This document shows positions 1-9,390 of a stretch of DNA of 54,681 nt, one piece after another (positions within the stretch are counted from its first letter, which is position 1; every line of letters starts with the position of its first letter). The translations under genes were made by a program, and so were the position numbers. The notes beneath the pieces are model-generated. The model worked only from the letters and a program-made list of their open reading frames with translations. It was not told the origin of the DNA and searched no databases. This DNA is from Planctomycetota bacterium (lineage in GTDB: Bacteria; Planctomycetota; GCA-002687715; DRQF01), in assembly GCA_027001995.1 (NCBI GenBank), contig JALTLO010000078.1, positions 1-54,681 of the forward strand, written 5' to 3'.

Positions 1-33
1 TGGGCATTGATCTCATGTTGGCAGGTAAGGTAT

Positions 34-575
34 CTAGGATCGGAGGCTGTTGACTTCGCTCTCGAAGGATTCTTCGGCGCCCTCCACGGCAGCCAAGGCC
101 TTTCGAAAGTTCCAAGGCATCCATGCCTCTGGTTTTTTCGCCATCACTTGATGGTTCTTTTGAAGGGCGTTGAGGTATTCAAACGGATCTTCTTCGCAAA
201 GCTCCACGGTATGAATCAAGCTCATGAAGAGATCGCCGACTCTGGCGCCATTTTTCGTCTCACAAAAGAGAGCATTCTTGCGATGCAAAATGGCTTTCTT
301 CAATGCGCGCTCACAAATATTGTTGTCCAAAGGCGCGCCAGCTTCCCTCAAAAATAGCGTCAGTTTGGACCAATGCTTTTGCACATAACGAATGGCTTCA
401 CCTAAGACAGAATTTGGTTCCACCAAACGCTCGTCTATTTTCTTAGCCATCCATTCAGCGAGTCCTGCCATGGCAGGTTCACTCTTCTCCTGATGAAAGC
501 TAAGACGTTCTTCAGCAGTCAGGTTGTTTTCCCGAGCAAAGGCATCGTTGTGGTAGACTAATCTTGCCCCGAGTT
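34..575 (-). mobile_element. IS66-family transposase (TnpC), C-terminal fragment; 5' truncated
   Basis: Motifs EPNSVLGEAIRY..KHW..LT.FL..AGAPLDNNICERALK.AI.HRKN.LF and SLIHT..L...DPFEYL are typical of the IS66 TnpC C-terminus. Similarity stops near 575, and no tnpA/tnpB is visible. Confidence 0.85.
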
Positions 576-1376
576 GGTGGACACCAACATAAGATAAATT
601 CATCTTTGACTTTAGTCTTGTACATGGTGAATTGCAGGTACCCCTACGTGCCAATATAAAGTGAGACACTCGTGCCAAACAGTTTAGTGTAGGGCGACGA
701 GGTGATCTTGATGGTGAAAAAGAAGAAGAAGGCCCCAGTGCCCGAAGGGCTGGAGCGAAGCGTAGGCCCTTCGGTAGTATTTTGTGACAAAGCCAAAATC
801 CCTGGCCGTCTTAAAAGAGAATCTTGACCGCTGTACTCCGGCGATTGCGAAATACAAAAACTGCGCCAGAAAATGGGTCGCAATCTAAAATGCTAGAGCA
901 GCGGCGAGATAGCCCGTCAATGCCACAGCGAAGATCAGCAGGTTCAACAGCGACATAGACTCGTGTTTGTGGCGTCATCTGGATCATCGCAGATAGCCGC
1001 GAAAGGCCGAGGCTAACGCCGGTAAGTCACAAGAGTTGCCAGCCGAAAACCTGGCCGTCATCTGGACTTGTCGGGTGTGTTCATGCTTGGCCTTTGGTTG
1101 TTTGGGTTCCTAAGGCCATGAGTTTAGGTCAATGAGAAGTGCTATTCATGCACGCTTGCCAGAAGGACACGTAGCTCCTCATTACGTACTTTCTCTGATT
1201 GCGCTTGAAAGTCCTCATGGGCATCCTCGAATTCGTGAGCATTGAGGGATCTTGCACGCGCACGCGCACCAAGGCACTTTTGAGGCCGGTGGAGAGAAGA
1301 AATCTGAGCCCCAACGATGACAAACTCATCCGATTGGGGTTTCTGCCCGGCCAAATCGGGTTAGAATGCCCCCACG

Positions 1377-2336
1377 ATGACCTACAGTCAAACACAATAC
1401 CCAGAACTTCCTGACTGTTTGAACCAGTCTCTCGCAAGCTTCGGACTTTCTGAGCCCGAATTTTCGCAGCTCGATTATGAGCGCGCCCACGCATACTGCC
1501 GCTATCTCTCAGAGAATCACTATGAGAACTTTCACGTCGGGACCTGGCTCTTCCCGAAGACAGCCAGAGAACATGCCTACAACGTCTACGCTTACTGTCG
1601 TTGGTCGGACGATTTGGCCGACGAAACAGGTAACACAGAACAGTCGTTGGCCCTTCTTCTATGGTGGCGTAGTGAACTAGAAAAGTGTTTTGAAGGGCAG
1701 GCCACCCATCCCGTCTTCATAGCTCTTAAGCACACCGCCGATGTCTGTGGGTTAGACAAAAAACCTTTCCACGATCTCCTGGATGCATTCGAGCAAGATC
1801 AACGGGTTTTCCGCTACCAAACGTTTGCTGACGTGGTCGACTATTGCACCCGCAGTGCCGACCCTGTGGGAAGAATCGTCCTGGCCCTTCTGGGTTACAC
1901 CGATAACGAACGCCGGGCTCTTTCCGACAAGACCTGCACTGCCCTCCAATTAGCCAATTTCTGGCAGGATGTGGAGAACGATTTAGTTCGGGGTCGCATT
2001 TATTTGCCCTTAGAAGATATGGACCGCTTTCAGGTCAATGAAGAAGACTTGGCTATGCCAACGGCGAATGACAAAGTGAAGAAGCTTCTCCGTTTTCAAG
2101 TCGATCGAACTCAAACTCTCTTCGACGCGGGATTGCCCCTGCGAAAGATGGTCCAGGGCCGGGCCCGTTTCGACATCGATTTATTCTCTCAAGGAGGCAT
2201 TGCCATCTTGCGGGCCATAAGGGCTTGCGACTACGATGTCCTCAGGCAACGCCCCAAAGTCAGTAAGATCGCGAAGGTCCAACTGCTCTTGGGCGCTCTT
2301 GGCCGTGGTCTATTTGATCGAGGAAGAAAAACGTAA
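1377..2336 (+). CDS. hpnC: Hydroxysqualene synthase HpnC
   Basis: HYENF.VG motif, YAYCRWSDDLADE, YC.RSADPVGR, CTALQLANFWQD; first gene of an hpnCDE trio. Confidence 0.92.
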   Translation: MTYSQTQYPELPDCLNQSLASFGLSEPEFSQLDYERAHAYCRYLSENHYENFHVGTWLFPKTAREHAYNVYAYCRWSDDLADETGNTEQSLALLLWWRSELEKCFEGQATHPVFIALKHTADVCGLDKKPFHDLLDAFEQDQRVFRYQTFADVVDYCTRSADPVGRIVLALLGYTDNERRALSDKTCTALQLANFWQDVENDLVRGRIYLPLEDMDRFQVNEEDLAMPTANDKVKKLLRFQVDRTQTLFDAGLPLRKMVQGRARFDIDLFSQGGIAILRAIRACDYDVLRQRPKVSKIAKVQLLLGALGRGLFDRGRKT

Positions 2337-3220
2337 TGGCTGCCGTCGCCAGCGAAATCGAGACTTCCGCCAAGCTCTGCCGTGACATCACGCGCCGATC
2401 GGCAACGAGTTTCTACTACGCTTTCAAGACACTCCCACGGAAGAAGGCAAGGGCCTTTGAGATCATCTACGCCTTCATGCGTATCTCAGACGACCTGTCG
2501 GACGACGAAAGCGTCACTGACCGTTTGGCATCGTTGGAAGAATGGCGCGAGCACTTGACTCAAGCTTTGGGGGGCAACACCCAAACTCATCCCATCATGC
2601 CTGCCTTGGTGGATGTCGTCGAAGAATTCTCAATCCCTCACGAATACCTACACGAACTCATCGACGGCACGGTGCAAGACTTGTCGGTGACCCGCTTCGA
2701 AGACTTCGAGGCCCTTTTCGACTACTGCTACAAAGTTGCGAGCATCGTTGGGTTGGTCAGCCTCAGGCTTTTCTGTCTCAAAGACCCGCAGGAATCAAAC
2801 TGGCGCAAAGCCGAATCCTTGGCCATCGATTGTGGGCAAGGGTTTCAGCTCACCAACATCCTGCGCGACATCAAAGAAGATTTGGAAAGAGACCGCATCT
2901 ATCTGCCCCAGGTCGACCTCAATAGATTCAACATCAGCGAATCAGACCTCAAAGCCCATATTTACGATGATCGTTTCTTAGCCTTCATGAAATTCCAGTG
3001 CGACCGAGCGGAAGACTATTATCGTAAGTCCGAAGAACTGCTGTCGATGGTCGAGCGGGACGCCCGACCCTGCTTGGCAACCATGCGGGGCATTTATCAT
3101 GGCATCCTGACTCGTATCGTTGCGGCGAAGTACGATATCTGGAGCAAGCGAGCCCGGGTGCCTCTGGGTGCCAAGCTTGGCATTGCAGCTCGAGCTTTCC
3201 TGGATCGCTTCCGTGGCTAA
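2336..3220 (+). CDS. hpnD: Presqualene diphosphate synthase HpnD
   Basis: SATSFYYAF, YAFMRISDD, YCYKVAS.VG, FQLTNILRDIKED; TAATG overlap with hpnC. Confidence 0.92.
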   Translation: MAAVASEIETSAKLCRDITRRSATSFYYAFKTLPRKKARAFEIIYAFMRISDDLSDDESVTDRLASLEEWREHLTQALGGNTQTHPIMPALVDVVEEFSIPHEYLHELIDGTVQDLSVTRFEDFEALFDYCYKVASIVGLVSLRLFCLKDPQESNWRKAESLAIDCGQGFQLTNILRDIKEDLERDRIYLPQVDLNRFNISESDLKAHIYDDRFLAFMKFQCDRAEDYYRKSEELLSMVERDARPCLATMRGIYHGILTRIVAAKYDIWSKRARVPLGAKLGIAARAFLDRFRG

Positions 3221-4670
3221 AGACCCAGTGGCAATCATTGGCGGGGGCATAGCTGGCATTGCCAGTGCCCTTAAACTGATCGAGTTAGGGGAAAAGGTGA
3301 TCCTACTCGAAAAGAAAGCCGCACTCGGTGGGCGAGCCACGTCATTCTTCGACCCCATTTGCGGCGATGAAATCGACAACGGTCAACATGTTCTTTTGGC
3401 ATGTTGCACCAACGTCATTGATCTGCTTTCAGGATTGGGCCAAGAGCAAGAAATCACTTGGAGTGACTCTTTCACCTACATTCTCCCGGACGGGTCCCGG
3501 CACCAATTCGCCCCCAGTTTCTTGCCGGCGCCATTGCACTTCTCGCAAGCCCTTCTCACATTCGGCCCACTGAAGTTGAGAGAGCGCCTAGAAGTCGCTC
3601 GGGCTTTCTTGGCCATGATGCTCACCACTCGCAAAAAGTTGGACTACTGGGCCAACAAGACCATCGGGGATTGGCTCCAATCGCATGGTCAATCCGAAGG
3701 GACTATCGCTCGATTCTGGCGCCCCATCGTCATCGGAGCTGTGAATGAATCTTTAGAGGTGGCGGCCTGCAACCCAGCGCTCCAAGTCTTCTTGGAAGGT
3801 TTCTTGCCTCACCGAACCGCTGCCCGTTTGGGGGTAGCCAAGGTTGGTCTCCACAAGCTCTACGCCCTGCCTGCTTATGAAAAAATCATCAATTCAGGTT
3901 CAGAAGTTCGAACTCACGCGAAGGTCAAGTTCGTCACCCGCGGCCCAGGGGGAGTCGAAGGCCTAACTCTCAACGATGGACAGGAAATCAGGTGCAAGCG
4001 CATGGTTGTCGCCCTGCCACCAGAGAGCCTTTGCTTGCTTACGGACCAACACGGCCATGGCTTGGTCGACGAGGCATTTCTTGCTTCCTTCACCCATGCG
4101 CCCATAGCCGGGCTCCATTTTTGGTTCGACCGTGAAATCATGGACATCAACCACGGAGCTCTTTTGGACACAGAGCTGGAATGGATTTTCAAGAAAGAAA
4201 AACCCGGGCCCAAAGCCCTGGCATTGGGAGCCCAAGAACGCATTCAGGGGGTCATCTCTGCAGCTCACCACTTGGCAGGCCGTAGTCAAAAAAGCGTGCT
4301 CGAACATGCCCTGGGAGAAATCCACCGGGCTCTGCCCAAGAGTCGTGACGCCAAGCTCGTTCGGGGTCTTGTGGTTCGGGAGAATCGGGCCACGCTTTCC
4401 CTCAATCCCAAGAGTGAGCTGTCCCGGCCTTCTCAACTCACCGCCATAGACGGTTGTGTCTTAGCAGGAGATTGGGTGCAAACTGGATGGCCAGGAACTT
4501 TAGAGGGGGCTGTGAGATCCGGACGAACTGCGGCGGCATTGCTCACAGGCCGATCGGCATGTGATGTTCTCATCCCCGACTTGCCACGGGGCTTCTTGTC
4601 CAAAATATTGCTCGCCTGCGTTCCACGTCCGATTACCCTGGCTAGAGGGAAATCATTGAGGTCAAGATAG
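3213..4670 (+). CDS. hpnE: Hydroxysqualene dehydroxylase HpnE (FAD-dependent amine-oxidase fold)
   Basis: IIGGGIAG FAD motif, LGGRATSF, IDNGQHVL, AGDWVQTGWPGTLEGAVRSG. Start moved to the in-frame GTG at 3213, which overlaps the hpnD stop. Confidence 0.92.
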   Translation: MAKDPVAIIGGGIAGIASALKLIELGEKVILLEKKAALGGRATSFFDPICGDEIDNGQHVLLACCTNVIDLLSGLGQEQEITWSDSFTYILPDGSRHQFAPSFLPAPLHFSQALLTFGPLKLRERLEVARAFLAMMLTTRKKLDYWANKTIGDWLQSHGQSEGTIARFWRPIVIGAVNESLEVAACNPALQVFLEGFLPHRTAARLGVAKVGLHKLYALPAYEKIINSGSEVRTHAKVKFVTRGPGGVEGLTLNDGQEIRCKRMVVALPPESLCLLTDQHGHGLVDEAFLASFTHAPIAGLHFWFDREIMDINHGALLDTELEWIFKKEKPGPKALALGAQERIQGVISAAHHLAGRSQKSVLEHALGEIHRALPKSRDAKLVRGLVVRENRATLSLNPKSELSRPSQLTAIDGCVLAGDWVQTGWPGTLEGAVRSGRTAAALLTGRSACDVLIPDLPRGFLSKILLACVPRPITLARGKSLRSR

Positions 4671-4674
4671 CACC

Positions 4675-5322
4675 ATGGATGCCAACGAAAATAAGGGCTT
4701 TGAAGAAGCCTACAAATCCGAAACATTCGCCGACTACTACAGCGCCAAGCATGAACAATCGACCAAGTTGCGATTTCGAGATGGCCGTGAACAGGCGATG
4801 TGGGCACGGCTTCTGCAGAAGATTCCTCAGATCAATTCAGTCTTGGACTGTCCCGCTGGAGCTGGGCGATATTGGCGCTTCTTGCATGGCTTGGCTGAGC
4901 AAATCACGGCAGTTGATTCTTCCGCTGAGATGATGGCCAGCGGCAGAAAATTCCACCCGGAGTATCTGCCGAATCAATGTGAGGTCGCCATGGCTCAAAC
5001 TCTTCCCTTTGCTGACGATTCTTTCGATTTGGTATTTTGCAGCCGCCTTCTGCACCATTTCCCCCAAGCTGATGATCGACAAGAAATCCTGAAGAGTTTC
5101 AGGCGAGTTTCAAAGGATTATGTCGCCTTTTCAACTTGGCGCACAGGAAACTGGAAGAGTTTTCGAGGTTCATCGAAATCCAAAGCCCCCACACGCTTCT
5201 TCACTCCCCTGGAGGAGATATTGAAGGATGTGGCGGCCGCAGACTTGGATGTAGTTCGGATCTGCCACAAGCAAAGGCTTATCTCGCCGATCGTAGCCCT
5301 CTTGTGCCGCATCCGTTCTTGA
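4675..5322 (+). CDS. Class I SAM-dependent methyltransferase
   Basis: VLDCPAGAGR (motif I), AVDSSAEMM, LPFADDSFDLVFCSRLLHHF; 4 bp after hpnE. Confidence 0.85.
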   Translation: MDANENKGFEEAYKSETFADYYSAKHEQSTKLRFRDGREQAMWARLLQKIPQINSVLDCPAGAGRYWRFLHGLAEQITAVDSSAEMMASGRKFHPEYLPNQCEVAMAQTLPFADDSFDLVFCSRLLHHFPQADDRQEILKSFRRVSKDYVAFSTWRTGNWKSFRGSSKSKAPTRFFTPLEEILKDVAAADLDVVRICHKQRLISPIVALLCRIRS

Positions 5323-5324
5323 AG

Positions 5325-6026
5325 TCAGAGGTTCGCCAGCAAAGCTCGCCCTAAGGCTTCTGCCGCTTCTTGGCTGTCCTTGCGCAACTGTAAGAGCTGC
5401 CCCCGAGTTGAGCGACTGAAGATCGCGGCCCGGATGATTTGGCCAAGCTTGAATCGGCGGCCATCAAAACTGTTTTTAACAACATCAGGCAGTTCGTCTT
5501 CTAAGCTGTCACTCACCGCTCGTATCCCGCAATAGGGAATGGCCTGTTCTCGGCAAAAACTCTGAACATGAAAGGACTCCATATCCACCAAGTCCCCTGC
5601 GTCATCCTTATGCATCGTCATCTTGTCCTGGGCACCTAAGGGAGCCGGAGCCGTAACCAAACGAGCCGGATTAAGGGACGACAAGTCTGGATACTCGCAG
5701 TCATCCACAGGGCAAACGCAGCTGCCACTGCGAATACTGGACACTCTTACCACATCCCCTTTGCCAAATGCGGGATTGATGGACCCAGCGAAACCTGGGT
5801 TGATGATCTGAGATGGACGTCTGTTGGCCAGTGCCTCTTTGACGTTGATGCGCCCCGGACCACAGACGAGGACTTCAAAGATGGAGTTTCCTTTTTCAAG
5901 GATGAAACCGTCCTTCTGGGGCCGAATGCGCCAGTCATGATTCTTGGCCAAGAGGCGAAAAGGAAGGACTTCCTCTTTTATGGCGAACAAGATCAGTGGT
6001 CTTTTGGTTGATGTTGAAATCGCCAT
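5325..6026 (-). CDS. hpnG: Nucleoside phosphorylase family protein, HpnG-like (hopanoid-associated)
   Basis: FAIKEE, GFAGSI, VDMES and IRAVSD motifs of the PNP/MTA-nucleosidase family; directly downstream of shc. Confidence 0.75.
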   Translation of the reverse strand: MAISTSTKRPLILFAIKEEVLPFRLLAKNHDWRIRPQKDGFILEKGNSIFEVLVCGPGRINVKEALANRRPSQIINPGFAGSINPAFGKGDVVRVSSIRSGSCVCPVDDCEYPDLSSLNPARLVTAPAPLGAQDKMTMHKDDAGDLVDMESFHVQSFCREQAIPYCGIRAVSDSLEDELPDVVKNSFDGRRFKLGQIIRAAIFSRSTRGQLLQLRKDSQEAAEALGRALLANL

Positions 6027-6053
6027 GATTCTGAAATGAGGGAGCGAACCTCC

Positions 6054-8039
6054 CTACATGGTGGCTTCTTTCCTGGCAGCCCGTCCTCGATCCGTAGAGT
6101 CGTCAACAATCGCATCCCGCCACATCGCCATAGCAGCGATGGGGAAGTAGAGACGGTAGAGGTAGTAGCGCAGGTAGAACACCTTGGGAAATCCTGTACC
6201 CGTCCAAAATTCTTCTTCCCAAGTGCCATCAGCAAGCTGAGTTTGACATAGGTAATCGATGGCACGATGAGCAGCCTTCCCGCTGGCGCGCCCCACTGCC
6301 AAGAGCCCCATGAGTGCCCAAGCGGTTTGACTGGGGGTGCTGGGACCAATGCCCTTCAAACTTGGATCATCGTAAGAGGCAATACTCTCACCAAAGCCGC
6401 CGTCTGGATTCTGGATGGACTCAAGCCAATTGGCACCCCGTTGAATCCAGGTTTCGTTCATGTTGCAGCCAATTTCGAAGAGGCCCCGCAGAACTTGCCA
6501 GGTGCCATAGATATAATTGACCCCCCAACGACCGTACCAGCAACCTTCTGGCTCTTGGTCTTCTTTGATGAACCTGATGGCCGGGCCCACTTGGGGGTCA
6601 TCCAATCCAATACCAAAGAGCCCCATCATTTCTAGAGTTCTAGCGGTGATATCCGAGGTCGGCGGATCCAACATGGCGTTGTGATCAGCAAAAGGCACAT
6701 TCGTCAGGACCTGAAGGTTGTTATCTCGATCGAAGGCTCCCCAGCCGCCGTCACGAGATTGCATGGCCCGCACCCATTTCATCGCACGGCCTAAGGCAGG
6801 TTTCGCCTCAACACAGCCAGCTCGCTTCAGAGCCATCATCACCATGATGGTGTCGTCGACGTCCGGGTAGTGTTCATTGGCATATTCGAAATACCAACCG
6901 GTGGGTTCGATATCCCGAACCTTATTGGACCAATCGCCATGATTGCGCACTTCTCGAGCCAATAACCATTTGGAAGCGCTAGCCACGGACTCCTTGGTGG
7001 TGTCTCCAGCCAGGACCAGGGAATTCACAGCGATCGCTGTGTCCCACACGGGAGAATGGCAGGGTTGAATGCGAATTTCGTCATCATCCCCGTGGACGCG
7101 AAGGCCCTTGAGCGATCGTTCGGCCATCTGAAAATGGGGATCATCATCCGGAACACCCAAGTGCCGAAACACGATGAGAGAGTTGGCAATTGGCGGGAAG
7201 ATTCCGCCCAGCCCATCACTATCTTCGAAGCGACTCTTAATCCACTCCATCGCCCGGGCAATAGCCATTTTCCGAAGGGGGCGAACTTTAAGCTTGCCTG
7301 TGAAGCTCTCGGCAATTTTCGCAGCCTTATCGATTGAATTGAAGAACAATTGCCAGGTCTTAGAAGTCCCCTCCACAATCATCCTTTGGTACTCCGGTGC
7401 CACATCCAAAGGAATTCTCAATTCACTGATGGAGGCATGATCCGGAGCCTGCCGCAGAGGCTTCTTTGCCCAAATGATCGACAGGGGAATGACAATAGTC
7501 CGAGACCAACTCGACATTTCATAGATGTTGAGAGGGAACCACCTTGGAAAAAGAATAAGTTCAGGAGGAACCGCCGGACATTCCCGCCATTCGACTTGGC
7601 CGAATAGAGCGAGGGTGATTTTTGTGAAGGTATTACAGGCGTCAATACCTCCGAGCCGCAAGATTTTCTTGCGCGCCTTCACCATGTGAGGCGCTTCCGG
7701 ATCGTCGTGGAAGAGCTTCAAAACGAAATACGCTTTGACGCTAGCACTGACGTCTGACGGGCCCCCAGGGTAAAGAGAGAAGCCCCCTTCGTCATTCTGC
7801 TGGCGACGCAAGAAATTGAGACATTGCTCGATCTCTTTCTTGTCCCGCTCTTCCCAACCCATGAAATAAAGACACAGGATGTATTCTGAGGACAAGATGG
7901 TGTCCCCTTCCAACTCCCCAACCCAATGTCCATCATGATTCTGAAGATCAACCAAGGCATTCACCGCCCGATCGATGACCAACTCCGGGAGCCTGGTCTC
8001 TTCATTTGAGTCTTCGATGATATTTTCCGAATCAGCCAT
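6054..8039 (-). CDS. shc: Squalene-hopene cyclase
   Basis: YPDVDDT (DXDD), QW repeats (QNHDGHW, QSRDGGWGAFD, QEPEGCWYGRWGVNY, QNPDGGFGE), TGTGFPKVFYLRY. ATG at 8039 chosen as the start. Confidence 0.97.
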   Translation of the reverse strand: MADSENIIEDSNEETRLPELVIDRAVNALVDLQNHDGHWVGELEGDTILSSEYILCLYFMGWEERDKKEIEQCLNFLRRQQNDEGGFSLYPGGPSDVSASVKAYFVLKLFHDDPEAPHMVKARKKILRLGGIDACNTFTKITLALFGQVEWRECPAVPPELILFPRWFPLNIYEMSSWSRTIVIPLSIIWAKKPLRQAPDHASISELRIPLDVAPEYQRMIVEGTSKTWQLFFNSIDKAAKIAESFTGKLKVRPLRKMAIARAMEWIKSRFEDSDGLGGIFPPIANSLIVFRHLGVPDDDPHFQMAERSLKGLRVHGDDDEIRIQPCHSPVWDTAIAVNSLVLAGDTTKESVASASKWLLAREVRNHGDWSNKVRDIEPTGWYFEYANEHYPDVDDTIMVMMALKRAGCVEAKPALGRAMKWVRAMQSRDGGWGAFDRDNNLQVLTNVPFADHNAMLDPPTSDITARTLEMMGLFGIGLDDPQVGPAIRFIKEDQEPEGCWYGRWGVNYIYGTWQVLRGLFEIGCNMNETWIQRGANWLESIQNPDGGFGESIASYDDPSLKGIGPSTPSQTAWALMGLLAVGRASGKAAHRAIDYLCQTQLADGTWEEEFWTGTGFPKVFYLRYYLYRLYFPIAAMAMWRDAIVDDSTDRGRAARKEATM

Positions 8040-8358
8040 GAATTCCCGCACTCGTGATTAGATCATCCGCTTGGCCTCATATACGAATAGGGGCGGTGCC
8101 AACTTTGAAGATTCTAAGAAGTCCTGTATAGATTTTCACTCTGTTGACTAACAAGCAATTTGAGCGATTTTTCGAGTCTTGAGATTTAGCATTTGCCCCA
8201 CTGATTGCAAGGAAGCAGAGAAGGAGTGCTCAGGACAGAAAATAGCGAGAGAAAGAAATCGGCGTTGCTTCTCCCTTCCTCAGACAAGACTTGAACTCAT
8301 GGCCTGAGGAGGCTATTTCTTGAGTTCGCGGTCGTCCCTTGTGCGTCGACGGGCGAGA

Positions 8359-8410
8359 ATGACCCCAATATTATTAAGTCGTTCAAGAAAAACGACTTAT
8401 GATGGGTCAT
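8359..8410. promoter_or_regulatory. Long inverted repeat in the divergent shc/ispH intergenic region
   Basis: ATGACCC...TAAGTCGTT-caagaaa-AACGACTTA...GGGTCAT, ending 28 nt before the ispH ATG. Confidence 0.5.
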
Positions 8411-8438
8411 CCGAAAAACAGCAGATGGGACATGGTCG

Positions 8439-9383
8439 ATGAAAGTGAATTTGGCAGAGCCTCGGGGTTTTTGTGCTGGCGTTGAGCGTGCAATTCGTAT
8501 CGTCGAGTTGGCATTAGAACGATTTGGTGCCCCCGTTTATGTGCGCAAGGAAATCGTCCACAATCGGACTGTTGTTGACGGATTGAAGCCCAAGGGGGCG
8601 ATCTTTGTCAATGAATTGGATGAAGTGCCAGAAGGGGCCGTCACCATCTACAGTGCCCATGGCGTCTCTCCTGCCGTTCGTGAAGATGCCAAGAAGAGAA
8701 ACCTCCGAGTCATTGATGCCACTTGTCCCTTGGTAGCGAAAGTTCACATTGAGGTCCTTGCCAACGTCAATAATGGCACAGAAATCATCCTGATCGGCCA
8801 TGCGGGCCACGAGGAAGTCGAAGGCACCATGGGCGAGGCCCCAGAGCGTACCCATTTGGTAGAGACCATCGAGGACGTGGCCAAGCTTGACTTCCCCCAA
8901 GATCAGGCCTTGGCCTTGGTCACACAGACCACCTTGTCCATGGACGATACGGCCCACATCACCGCCGCCGTCAAGGCCCGCTACCCCCAAGTCCGGATTC
9001 CAACCAAGGACGACATCTGCTACGCCACTCAAAATCGGCAACGGGCTATCAAGATGATGGTACCCACTTCCGACATCTTCCTTATTTTGGGAGCATCAAA
9101 TTCGTCTAACTCCCTACGTCTAAAAGAGGTAGCAGAAGGGGCCGGGCGCAATGCCTACCTCATTGCCACCGCCGACGAACTGGACCCAAGTTGGCTCGAC
9201 GGTGCCAAATCCGTTGGTGTGAGTGCCGGAGCTTCCGCCCCCGAAAGCTTGGTCCAAGAATTATTGACCCGATTAGCTGCTTTAGGTTACGACGACACGG
9301 AAACAGTTGTCTATGCTGAAGAAGACGTTGAATTCGCCATGCCCCCAGAGCTGAGAGATTCGGCACTGTCCCATGAAGAGTGA
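8439..9383 (+). CDS. ispH: 4-hydroxy-3-methylbut-2-enyl diphosphate reductase
   Basis: PRGFCAGV, EIVHN, SAHGV, DATCPLV, DICYATQNRQ, SSNS: all three 4Fe-4S cysteines are present. Confidence 0.97.
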   Translation: MKVNLAEPRGFCAGVERAIRIVELALERFGAPVYVRKEIVHNRTVVDGLKPKGAIFVNELDEVPEGAVTIYSAHGVSPAVREDAKKRNLRVIDATCPLVAKVHIEVLANVNNGTEIILIGHAGHEEVEGTMGEAPERTHLVETIEDVAKLDFPQDQALALVTQTTLSMDDTAHITAAVKARYPQVRIPTKDDICYATQNRQRAIKMMVPTSDIFLILGASNSSNSLRLKEVAEGAGRNAYLIATADELDPSWLDGAKSVGVSAGASAPESLVQELLTRLAALGYDDTETVVYAEEDVEFAMPPELRDSALSHEE

Positions 9384-9390
9384 GCCCAAA

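Noticed and set aside
791..1066. CRISPR array
   Set aside because: Repeats are short, degenerate and incomplete; no cas genes.
1129..1354. Small ORFs upstream of hpnC (1142..1354 -, 1199..1414 +, 1129..1494 -)
   Set aside because: No recognisable motifs or convincing RBS; they overlap each other and hpnC.
1377..4670. Carotenoid genes crtB/crtI
   Set aside because: The HpnC-specific HYENF motif, the paired synthases with HpnE, and the adjacent shc indicate the squalene/hopanoid route.
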